Of a stretch of 64,000 nucleotides of DNA, positions 32,277-43,200 are shown in pieces. Numbering within the stretch: the first letter of the stretch is position 1; each line of letters opens with the position of its first letter. Origin of the DNA: a bacterium (lineage in GTDB: Bacteria; Hinthialibacterota; Hinthialibacteria; Hinthialibacterales; Hinthialibacteraceae); NCBI GenBank assembly GCA_963663405.2, contig CAXXSM010000070.1, positions 1 through 64,000 of the forward strand, written 5' to 3'. The notes beneath the pieces were generated by a model. The model searched no databases. It saw only the letters and a program-made list of their open reading frames with translations, and was not told where the DNA came from. Position numbers and translations under genes: made by a program.

Positions 32277-32973
32277 GGTTTATATTCCCCCCATTTCAGA
32301 GTTCATTGGGATTGTATTATAGGTTGCGGGTGACCGTCTACTCTCTTCCAACACGCCGTCACGCATGGAAGAAGGGATTTTATATTTTATTATACAGACC
32401 ATCAAAGGTTTTTATTTCAGCAGGTATTCGATAATCAGACTGTTTCGGGGGGATTGGATAATATATAAATTTTTCATCAGCTTTGGGCTGTGTGTGGTGG
32501 GGGTGGGCTGTATTTTAAATACCTTTGGGCGCGGACATAAGAGGATCTGGATTGTTTTGAATCAGTTAATGTTGGCAGTAGGGTGCATTATTATTGCTAA
32601 AACGATACAAAGTAATTATCCAAGGAACGGTTTGAGGATCGTTTGTCGATTTTATATTGGTGAGTAGATGGTTTAATGAGTGTCTATTAATGTTGAGGAA
32701 TAGATTTGATGATGGGACTTTATTTGTGGCTTTGGTAATTGAAATTTAATTGATGCATATTTTATATATATTAATGGTTGTAGAATGATTTATTATGTAT
32801 TAAGATAATATTATATATATCTATATTGGATTTAAGATTGTGTGATTCGATTAACTGTGTGTATGATTCGTGGATGATAAAGTATCGCGTTATTCATAAT
32901 GAAAATAACGAGTATCTTAACATTAGGAACCAAACTGGGGATGATTGATTTGGTGAAAAGGAGTGTGAGGTCA

Positions 32974-33369
32974 ATGACGGAAGAAGTTAAATTTGAGATA
33001 TTAGTCCCATCACAAGATTCCGAAGTGATTCATGAGATAGCAAAAGAGCTTAAGGAAGGTCAAGAGAATCAGTGGTCTGTGGATATTGAAGTCCATAGAC
33101 CCATGCCGTTCAGCAATGATTCATCAGTGGGAACTCGATCAGTGGAGGCTTTCGAGGTGATCAATGTCGTTTTAGGTGTTGGCAATCTTGCCCTACTCTC
33201 CACCCAGATTGGCATGGCGGTCAATCAGGTATTAAAATCGCAAAGTGTCACTACAGAAGTGGTTGTTAAGAGAAAAATGAAAGGGAAAAAAAGAGTGCAG
33301 CATATCATTCTTAAGGTGGGGGACTCGATTGAAGATATAAAAATAAAAGTAAAATCTCTCTTTGAGTGA
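32974..33369 (+). CDS. EACC1-like (effector-associated constant component 1) small protein
   Basis: 131 aa: acidic N-terminal helix, GTRS motif, one hydrophobic segment (VINVVLGVGNLALL), basic beta-rich tail. Overlaps the start of a caspase gene; AGGAG upstream of the ATG at 32974. Confidence 0.6.
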   Translation: MTEEVKFEILVPSQDSEVIHEIAKELKEGQENQWSVDIEVHRPMPFSNDSSVGTRSVEAFEVINVVLGVGNLALLSTQIGMAVNQVLKSQSVTTEVVVKRKMKGKKRVQHIILKVGDSIEDIKIKVKSLFE

Positions 33370-35200
33370 ATCTCCAATTATGCCGAAACAACCAGATGAA
33401 AATTCATCAAAATCTTTAGAATTTCTTAAGGCCGTTATTATAGGGATCGGTGGTTACCAGGAAGGTCCATTAATAAGTGTAGCCAACGATGCGATGCTGC
33501 TGACAGAAACATTCAGGCAAGTATGGCCTGAAAAGCAATGTGATATAACACCTCTTGTCTGGCCGTATTTCGCTGGCAATGTTAAGGATGACGGTCTAAT
33601 CCTGATGGCGCCGGATCCGATGCAAACCCGTGAGGCTTATACTCGATTCTGGAACAGCGAACCACCGGAAAACACGCGTCACGTCACAAAAGACGCGATT
33701 TTGCAAACCGTACTTAAAAAGGCTAAAGCAATTAATGATCAGGATACGTTTGTAATCTATTTTGGTGGTCATGGGATAGTAACAACTGGTGGAGAGGCAT
33801 GCCTTTCAGTTTTTATCGATGAACAAACTGATTCTGGAATAACCCTGCTTCCAATAAAAAAAATCTGTGAAACTGTCAGAGAGGCTAAATGCGCGAATTG
33901 TAATAAAGTAATGATTCTAGATTGCTGCCTTAATTTTGGTGAACTTCATAAGAAATCTATATTCCTGGAATTGCCTATGCCCACTAAGAAAGAATTGCTG
34001 GAGGCAGCGTCTGATTTCTTAGATAGCCTTCTCGATAGCGCCAAAGACTGGCATGTGCTTCTTTCTTGTTCCCCTGGACAAAAATCGTATGAAGATTTCG
34101 GTCGGGAAGGCCGTTATCATGGTATCTTCACGGTCGCGCTTGCTCAGGGATTGAAAGGATCCGCAAGAGTTGGAATTGGCGAACCAATTAGCTTACTGGA
34201 GTTAACGAATTATGTTCACCATCGTGTTCGTATGGATCCTATCGTCTTAAAGCATGAAGATATTGCGAAGAATCATCAAGCAAAATCAGGTGATTATGCA
34301 TGCAATGTCAGGGATACCGATCGGTGGAGTGAGAATCAGGAGTTTTCAAAGGATAAGAAAAATCGCGCCATTTTAGATGGTCAACACCCTATGTTATTAG
34401 CGCGAAAGGGTATCATTGGGGTAGAGCATCCATCATATTGGCGCCGAAACCCACTCGTCTAAAGACAGAAATGCGAAGAAAAAGACCTTCTAAGATGTTT
34501 TGGCGATTATTCAAGGATTATCTTTTTGGATCCTGGCCGATCGAGTTCTTTCATAAGAAAATGTTACAAGATGGGGGGGGCGCTACTATACGGAATGATT
34601 CTCCTACTCACTATGCAATGGTTTTTGCAATTGGGGGGAGTGGCAAGTTGGACAACTGCGATTGGTTGGGGATTATTAGGAGCTTTGTTGTGGTGGTTAT
34701 TTGTGCCTTTTGCCGTGGCGGCTAATGAAGATTGCTGGCATGCCGGTGGATATGTTACGAGTCTTTCATTCACGGCGCTTCATATTCTTCTGTGGTTTCG
34801 ACTTTGGATTCATATGTCCGGTTTGGATGGCGCTAAATGGAATGCAGAAACCATATTGTTGTGGAGTGGCGTTGAATTGTTTGTCCTATTGGCCATAGTC
34901 ATTGTATTCGGCTGCAATGGAGTTCAGGGAATGTTAGCGATCTCCGACAATATTCGCGAAGAACCGGATCGCCGTGATATCAGTGAAGCGTTGCGTGTTT
35001 TCCGCCATTTCCGAATGGGGCGCAGTACGGATGCGAAACTCAGCAATTTGATTGCCATGGTCAGCGCAAGTCCAAGAGTGTATTACATTTTATTGGGATT
35101 CTTTTCTCTTGGTTTGGTGGCTACTGCAATTCTCTATCTGTACTTTTTTCGGAACAACCATATTTATGGATTCCTATACTCAGAAATGGAATTGTTTTAG
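33362..35200 (+). CDS. Caspase-like (peptidase C14) protease with C-terminal multi-TM domain; split by apparent frameshifts
   Basis: AVIIGIGGY, VANDA, IYFGGHG (His), MILDCC (Cys), SCSPGQKSYE, HGIFT.AL..GL.G, QHP. Continues through ORFs 34438-34725 and 34526-35200, with breaks near G-runs at about 34418 and 34573-34580. May extend to 35252. Confidence 0.8.
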
Positions 35201-35275
35201 TACTCTGTTTTTGGTTTACATTCTGGTACAATGCGGCCTTTCAATATTTTGAGAGATATGTAGGGTGATCGGGAC

Positions 35276-35794
35276 ATGAAAAAACGTATAACTCATCTTA
35301 TTGCAGTGGCTCATACACAGTGGCAGATTGGTTTATCGTTTCTTGGTATGGTGATATTATGCATTTACTGGCGCAGCTGGAAGGATATCCCTCATCTCCT
35401 CTACGATATTCCGTCTGGCTTTATAATGAGCGCGTTCATCGCTCAACTTATCTGCCAAGCCTGCACGGGAGATTTTTCACCAAAATGGTGGGGCCGTCTA
35501 ACGGCTATGATTCCAATGAGTATCGTGCCAACAGGGAGAGAATTTCTCGATTGGCAGATATCGGGCCACCTGACGGATATGTTAGCGGTTGCATTGATCC
35601 AGGGTTTGGACCGTGAATGTTCTGTATGGGAGAGAATAGGTTATTCTATCCCCCTTCCGATTGTGTTATACATTCGGCTTACAATCTTTGATCAACCTGG
35701 CCATATGGAGACGATTTCCGCCATTTGTGTGGGAACCTTTATTTTCTTTCTAGCTAAAGGAGGCGAAATCTACGCAAATTGGAGAACACAGTGA
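35276..35794 (+). CDS. Hypothetical integral membrane protein
   Basis: 172 aa, about 5 hydrophobic segments, ISGH motif, ATG start. Confidence 0.55.
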   Translation: MKKRITHLIAVAHTQWQIGLSFLGMVILCIYWRSWKDIPHLLYDIPSGFIMSAFIAQLICQACTGDFSPKWWGRLTAMIPMSIVPTGREFLDWQISGHLTDMLAVALIQGLDRECSVWERIGYSIPLPIVLYIRLTIFDQPGHMETISAICVGTFIFFLAKGGEIYANWRTQ

Positions 35795-35939
35795 ATAAAT
35801 CAACTGGATATCTTCGATGGCTATTTTTAAGTATTTATCAGTGATTTGTGTGAATTATTAATTTGTCAATATTTTATTTCTCTCATTTTTATTCTGTGTG
35901 TAGAAATGATATCAGCTTTCTCTATACCTTGCCAATTTA

Positions 35940-37917
35940 GGCTCTTCGCTGAATCGAGTGGGTAGATTTGGGGAAGGCTTTCCTCCATCCTCCCGAAGAT
36001 ATATCGCTTACGTACCAATCCCGACGAGATAAACTAACAAGAAGGGCGGTGCTAGACCGTCCTTCGACAGTCTTCTTGGTCAGCACTCAGTTCGCGTCCC
36101 CGCAAGGTCCGATCCTCCGCCCAGGCTAAAGGCAAAGATCCCAATCCCAAGAGAGAGAGAGAGAGAGAAGGAAGAGAATGAAGAACCAAGAATTATTCCG
36201 GTTAGCGTTAGGTTTGAGTGAGCCATGGCAGGTCGTCCAGCCGAGTTTCCTGAGGAAGAAAAAACCTTGCACCTCACGCTGGACTTTCCCGAGGGGAGTC
36301 TGTTTCCCTGTCCCGAATGCGGGAACCTGTGTGGAGTGCATGATACGAAACGACGCACTTGGAGGCATCTGAATTTCTTTCAGTATGAGACGTATTTACA
36401 CGCCCGGCAACCTCGTGTGAAATGTCCCAATCATAAAGTCAAGACAGTGAATCTTCCCTGGGCCCGTCCGGGGGCGGGATTTACGTTGTTATTTGAAGCG
36501 TTGGTCATGGCACTGGCGGAGAATGGGATGACGGCCAATGCGATCAGCCGAGTGGTCGGAGAATATGACACGCTGATTTGGCGAGTGCTGACTCATTATG
36601 TGATGGACGCGCGAGAGAGGGAGGATTTTTCGGGAGTGAAGGCGGTGGGGGTGGATGAGACCTCAAAGGCCAAAGGGCACAATTATGTCAGCGTATTCAT
36701 GGATTTGGACGAGCGCAGCGTGATGTTTGCCACCGATGGAAAGGACGCTCAAACGGTGGGGGCGTTCAAAGAGGATTTAGAGACGCATAACGGAAAGGCG
36801 GAGCAGGTGGAGGAATTTTGTTTGGATATGTCCCAGGCGTTTCAATCCGGGATTGAAGCCAATTTCCCGGCCGCCGAAATGACATTTGATGAATACCACC
36901 TGATGAGGATTATCAATCAAGCTGTGGACGAAGTGCGCAAACAAGACCAAGCGATTTATCCCGAATTATTGAAGGGGACGAAGTATATTTGGCTGAAGAA
37001 TGAATGGAATCTCACGGACAAGCAAGAGAGAAACGGAACGAAATTTTTCAAGATGTACGAGGGAGCAAATTGAAGACGGTGAAAGCCTACCATCTGCGAT
37101 CCGTGTTCCAAGACGTGTTTTCGTTCGACGATCCGGAGGAGGGGAATCGTTTCTTAAAAAGTGGTATTATTGGGCGACTCACAGCCGGATTGAGCCTATG
37201 ATCAAGGCCGCGAAAACGATCAAGGAGCACTGGGCTGGTGTGGTGCGTTGGTTTACTTCGCGAATCAACAATGGTCTGTTGGAGGGATGAATAGCCTGAT
37301 CCAAGCCGCCAAGGCCCGTGCGAGAGGCTATCGCAACGTCAACAATTTAATCACTACCATCTATTTGATTGGAAGCAAGTTGGAATTCAATCTTCCCAAG
37401 GTTCTTCCCTCGCCCCACACGAAATAGTAATACGGCTTGAATCGTTCCCGTTTCTGCAGGCAAGCCGCCAAACTAAGCAAAAGACACCGGATGAAACGGC
37501 TGAGTCTCTCCGGTCTGCGATTCATGATCAGTAATCCGAACGAGTGAGGGCTTGTGGATTCTGCCATCTTATGGACAAACCGCCGATACTCTGGGTGAGA
37601 AGAGAAAGTTCCTGCCGGTTTGCCCACAAGATTTGGACAGCCACCTGCGAAAGATTAGGGGGAATGAGAAAGATTATTGAGGCGCCTGACCACAGACTCC
37701 ACAAGCATGCGGCACATAAAGATATGGTTCTTTTTTCTTCGATAAAATCCAGACCCGCAAACGGATCGATGGAGGGCAATCCTACTGCAAAATACTTGTC
37801 GCTTAACAGATATCGAAACGTCTACAAGTTGATCGTAACCATCTGTTTGGCAGAGGAAAATTGGAATGTAATCTTCTCGAGGTTCTACCCTCTACCCACA
37901 TGAAATAGCGAAGAGGC
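35940..37917 (+). mobile_element. ISL3-family insertion sequence with terminal IRs and 8-bp target-site duplication
   Basis: Left end GGCTCTTCGCTGAATCGAGTGGGTAGA; right end TCTACCCACATGAAATAGCGAAGAGGC. Perfect direct repeat CCAATTTA at 35932-35939 and 37918-37925. Confidence 0.92.
36178..37427 (+). CDS. ISL3-family DDE transposase (frameshifted in this assembly)
   Basis: LFRLALGL.EPW, CPECG zinc finger, WRHLNFFQY, PWAR..AGFT..FEA, GVDETS, CLDMS, FDEYH, NGLLEG, ARGYRN; ends PSPHTK-stop at 37427. Confidence 0.9.
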
Positions 37918-37922
37918 CCAAT

Positions 37923-40043
37923 TTATTCTTCCACCCCAATGCGTTTTAAGAATGGGCTGAAGGAGCGTTCGCGGCCTAAGAAGGCGTGGATGGATTCGTT
38001 GACGTCGCGGGAATCGCCTACCTCGTAGATTTCTTTTCGGAGGCGCATGCCAGCTTCGGTGTCGAGATAGCCGTTGGGGGCGTTTTCGAATACCGTCGCC
38101 ATGTCGGCGGCGATTACATCGGCCCAGGCGTAGCCGTAATATCCCGCGTCGTAGCCCATCAAGTGTCCGAAGTAGGAGACGAAGGAGGTGTCATCGGGAA
38201 CGGGAAGGAAGACTTTTGTAAGAATCGCATTGGATTCTTTAACGATATCCATTTCAGGATCGTATTCGCTGTGAAGCGTGATGTCGAGAAGCCCGAAGGA
38301 GAGTTGGCGGCGGTAAAATGTACCAATTGTCGCGCGGTCGGATTCGATGATCCGCTCAAGGACATCCGAAGGGAATTTCTTGGATGGATCGCGGTAATCC
38401 GCCGCGAATGAATCGAGAACGGCTTTGCTCTCCAACCAGTATTCCAACGTTTGAGAGGGAACCTCTACGAAATCGCGTGGCACGTTGGTTCCTGAAAACG
38501 CGGTAAACTCGGCGCGGTTAGAATTGTGTGGAGGCAATGGGCCGAATTCGTGGAATAACGTGACGACGTTGTCATAGGTCAGCAGGGAAGGCCGGTCTCC
38601 ACTGGGGGGAGGGAAGTTGCAGATTAACGCCGCTGTGGGGCGTTGGTAAATGTTGTTCTTCATCCGTTTCCCTGAGATGATACCGAATTGTGCGAAGTGG
38701 TTGAACTTGCCTTCGCGGGGGAACATATCGAGGTAAGCCAATCCAAGAGGTTCGCCGGTTTGGGCGTCTGAAATCACGTGGAGTGAAACGTCCTCATGCC
38801 AGCGGGAGGGGGGATCGACTTCTTCGATTTTAAGGCCGAAGATGGTTTCGTAAACGTTGAACATGCCCTCAAGCGTTTTTTCGTAGGGAAATAGACCTTG
38901 AGCGCTTCGGTGTCGACGGAGTAATTTTCTTTCATTAACTGATTGCGGTAGTAGCGCCAATCCACCAATGGATGGGTGGATTCTCTTCGCCTGTATCTTT
39001 GGCTTTTAGAGCGGCGAATGCGGCCAATTCTTTTCGAATTTCGGTTGGAGGCGCTGATAGAGATCGTTGAGGAATTCCTTGACGGTTTCGCCATTTTTCG
39101 CCATGCGCACTTCGGTTTGGTAATCGGCCCAGGTCTTGTATCCAAGTTTTTTAGCGATTGTGTCACGCAGGCCGATCACTTTTTCCAGGATGGGGAGATT
39201 CTCTTCCTTGGCGAGGGTGAAACGGGCGTGGAAGAGTTTTTTGCGGGTGGATTCCTTTTTGGTGTTATCCATGACCGTCGTGAAGTGCCAAGTGATGTTG
39301 GCCATGACGGTGTATTCGTCCTCGCCTGTTTTGATTCCTTCCTGGTTGAGGAAACTTTCAGGAACGCCTTCGAGATCCTCCAATGTGAAGAGAAGAGGAT
39401 GAGAGGCGTTGTTAATATTCATCCGGAAATCCAACGCCAGCGCCGCAAGTGTCTTTTTCAATTCTTCCAATTCCTGCCGTTCTTCTTTCGGCAGATCGAA
39501 GCCCAGCCGTTGGTATTCGCGAACCGTTTCTTTCAGGAATTTCGCTCGTTCACCCGTCAATTTTGGATTCGTCTCCGCGTAGGCTTTGATGGCTTTGTAT
39601 ACGTCTTCGCGGTATTGAAAGCCAACGTACCACTCTTGGAATTTCTTAACGGCTTGCGCCGCCGCGCCGCGAAGTGATTCGCTGGGGGCGGTTTCTTTAA
39701 TCAAATAAATGCGGCTCAGTTCCGAATCGAGCGTAAAGGAAAGATCGTCCAAGGCGCGGAGGGTTGAATCGAATGTAACCTTTGAAAGGTCCTGCTGAGC
39801 GATTGTGTCGCCTGCTTTCTCCGCGTCTGCGATCGCTTGATCGATGACCTTATGGACTTCCTCTTCCGCCGTTTCGAATGTTGGCGCGGTCAACTGAGAT
39901 TGGAACGCTTTCGCTTTTTCCTGATAGGATTTGAGTTTTTTCGAAACCGTTCCCGCTTCCGCCATGAGAACACCGGCGCCGATGATTGTGGCGAAGCCGA
40001 TGTGAAGTACCATTAAAGAACCGTCTAAACCAAAGATTTTCAT
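37923..40043 (-). CDS. M3-family (thimet oligopeptidase-like) metallopeptidase, split by apparent indels
   Basis: AKKLGYKTWADY..MAK, DWRYY, YLDMFPREGKFNHFA, VTLFHEFG (HExxH disrupted by local indels), RDFVEVPSQTLE, FGHLMGYDAGYYGYAWA, FLGRE. Confidence 0.88.
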
Positions 40044-40177
40044 AAGTTGTATCCTTTTTCGAATAAGAATGGATCAAATGCGATCTTATTAGTATGGCTT
40101 CAATTGGGGAGATCATCCAGAGATACTAGACCAGCTCCTGGCGCTTGCGCCTGTGTGAAAATGTTGGGTAATATATT

Positions 40178-40196
40178 CACGGGCGGGACGCCCGCG
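40178..40196. repeat. REP-like palindrome CACGGGCGGGACGCCCGCG
   Basis: Near-identical to 25350-25369. Confidence 0.55.
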
Positions 40197-40292
40197 GTCC
40201 ATTCCTCGTTGTTGATTCCCTATTTTTACAATATATTATTTGTAATATTTAGATTGTGTTAAGAATCATAAATACTGTGGGGATAAGAATAT

Positions 40293-43200
40293 ATGATGAG
40301 AATTCAGTTTTTTCAAGCCGATCTGAGGATGGGATTGTTTGTTTTTTCGAGTTATTTATTATGGATTATTGGGCTTGCGGCATTAGTGGTGAATCCTGTC
40401 TGGGGGCAGGTGATGATCAATGAGATTCATTACGATCCTGACCGGGCGACGGATTTGGTGGAATTTGTGGAATTGTACAACGCGGGTGAGGAGGATGTGG
40501 ATCTGTCAGGATGGTCGATTGGGGATGCGATCGCATTCACATTTCCAGATTCGACGGTGCTCGCCGCAGGTTCTTATCTGGTTGTGGCGATGGACCGGGC
40601 GGCGTTGATTTCGAAATATACTGTTTCCTCAAGTTTCGTTGTGGGACCGTTTGAAGGACGGCTTGATAATGATGGAGAGAATGTTGAACTCCGGGATGGC
40701 AGCGGAAGTTTGGTGGATCAGGTGGATTATTCGCTCGGATTTCCATGGCCGACCGTGGGGGAGCCGATCTCGGAAAACCAGCCTGGGACGGGATTTTCGA
40801 TTCAATTAATCAATCCTGATCTTGATAATGATCTGGGGGGGAGCTGGCGTTCAGCGTCTCCCACACCGGGGACGGTGAATTCTGTTTTCGTGGAGAACGC
40901 GCCTCCATTGATCCGGCAGGTTCTTCATACTCCTGAAGAGCCTGTCTCTGGGGAGACGGTCTTCATCACAGCTAAGATCACCGATTCGGATGGGGTTGAT
41001 CGCGTACAGTTGCTCTATCAACTGGTTGATCCCGGCGATTACATTCATATTACGGATGGACGATATCAGACGGATTGGACAGAGATTGAGATGCGGGATG
41101 ATGGAATTGAGGGGGATGAGATCGCTGGAGACGCGGTGTATACAGTGGCGCTGCCTCCTTCGTTTCAGGTTCATCGGCGGCTTGTGCGGTACCGAATTAC
41201 GATGTCGGATACGGCGGGTTTGGAATTAACGGTTCCCTACGCGGATGATCCGCAGCCGAATTTTGCTTATTTTGTCTATGACGGTGTGCCGGATTGGATT
41301 GGAGCTGTTCGTCCGGGGGTTACCGCTGAAGAGACGTATCCTTCGGAGATGTTGAGTTCACTGCCGGTCTATCATTTGATTACCAGCAAAGAGGAGGCGG
41401 AGAATTGCACGTGGCTGGATCAATTTTCCCATAATGAATATGTCTATACGGGCACGATTGTCTATGGTTCGCAGGTGCTCGATCATGTCTTTTTCCGGGC
41501 GCGTGGGGGGACGTGGCGTTTCGCGATGGGAAAGAATATGTGGAAATTCAATTTCAACCGGGGCCATACTCTTCAAGCGCGGGATATTTATGGAAACAAA
41601 TACAGTGTGGAGTGGGATAAACTGAATCTCGGCGCGTGCATTCAACAGGGCGACTATCTGCACCGGGGGGAACAGGGGATGTTTGAAGCGGTGGGATTCC
41701 GGTTATTTAATCTGGCGGGAGTCGAAGCCCCGAATACGCACTACATCCATTTCCGGATCATTGACGAAGCGCATGAAGATGGACGGCTCAATGTCAGTCA
41801 TTCGCCCTTGACGGATAGTGGAACGCAGTACGATGGCGACTTTTGGGGATTGTATCTAGCGACGGAACAGATTGACGGCCGTTTTTTGGAAGAGCATGGC
41901 ATGGCGGACGGGAATCTGTATAAGATGGAAAACGGAACGGGCGAGTTGAAGAATCAAGCCCCAACGGGCGTGAGTGACAAGTCCGATCTCAACGCGTTCA
42001 TGCGTGGGTATTCTTCGAGACCCGATGAGCAGTGGTGGCGGGAGAATGTGGATCTGAAACAGTATTACCCGTATCGCGCCATCCTCGAAGCGATTCACCA
42101 CTACGATAATGGATATGGGAAAAACTACTATTATCATCTCGATCCCGAAACGCAGATTTGGACTCAACTGCCATGGGATATTGACCTGACTTGGGCGGAT
42201 AATATGTTCGGGAATGGGAACGAACCGTTCAATGACGCGGGATTGCTTCGAATCGAAGCGTTGGGGATCGAATATCAAAACCGGCTGCGGGAGATTCGCG
42301 ATCTGCTCTACAATCCCGATCAGACGGGGCAGCTCATCGACGAATACGCGTCGCTGATCTATACACCTGGTGAATTATCCTTTGTCGACGCCGACCGGGC
42401 GATGTGGGATTACCATTGGGTGATGAGTGACGAGGCGAATTGGGCGGGTTATAAAAACAGGTATGGAAAATCGGGGCAGGGAAGGTTCTATCAAATAGCG
42501 GCGACGAAAGATTTTCCAGGAATGATGAAAATCATGAAGGATTATGTCGTCTCAAGGGGGGAATGGATCGATACCCGTCTGATTCGTGATTCCCAGATCC
42601 CCGATACGCCTGTCGTGACGGCTGGATCTTCGAATGATTATTCGCTCGATTCCCTTGTGTTTGAAACGAGTCCATTCAGCGATCCGCAGGGGGCTGATAC
42701 GTTCGCCGCTTTGCAGTGGCGCATCGCTGAGGTGGAACCAGACGCGCAATCCTGGGAAGCGCCGGTTGAGGAAGAGGGCGATGTGCTGATTCTAGACGCT
42801 TCTACATGGAAATATTTCAAAGGGACAGAGGAACCTTCCAATCCGGTGAGCGCATGGCGTGAATTGTCGTTTGATGATTCCAACTGGATGGAGGGCCAGA
42901 CACCAATCGGGTATGGGGAGGATTTTATGATCACCCAGCTCGATGATATGCGATATAACTATTCAACCGTGTATTTACGGAAAGAATTTGAAATTACGGA
43001 TCTCGATTCCATCGGTTCATTAACGCTGCAGGTTCTGTTCGATGATGGATTTAACCTTTGGATCAATGGAAGACACGTTGCGCAGGCCAATGTTAACGAG
43101 GCGGAACTTCCATTTGACGCTGTCGCGACTCACCGGGAGGATCTGACGTTCGCCGATTTCCCATTATCCAACCCGAAAACGTATCTTGTGGAAGGGACGA

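Noticed and set aside
32365-32667. 100-aa hydrophobic ORF in the island spacer
   Set aside because: It lies in T-rich low-complexity DNA with no RBS or recognisable motif; probably spurious.
37544-37903. 119-aa ORF as an IS passenger gene
   Set aside because: Its C-terminal part is a decayed transposase tail (NGSMEG, YRNV), and the rest has no motif or RBS.
37329-37908. Diverged repeat pair as a DGR template/variable region
   Set aside because: Mismatches are not adenine-specific, no reverse transcriptase is present, and both copies are ISL3 ends.
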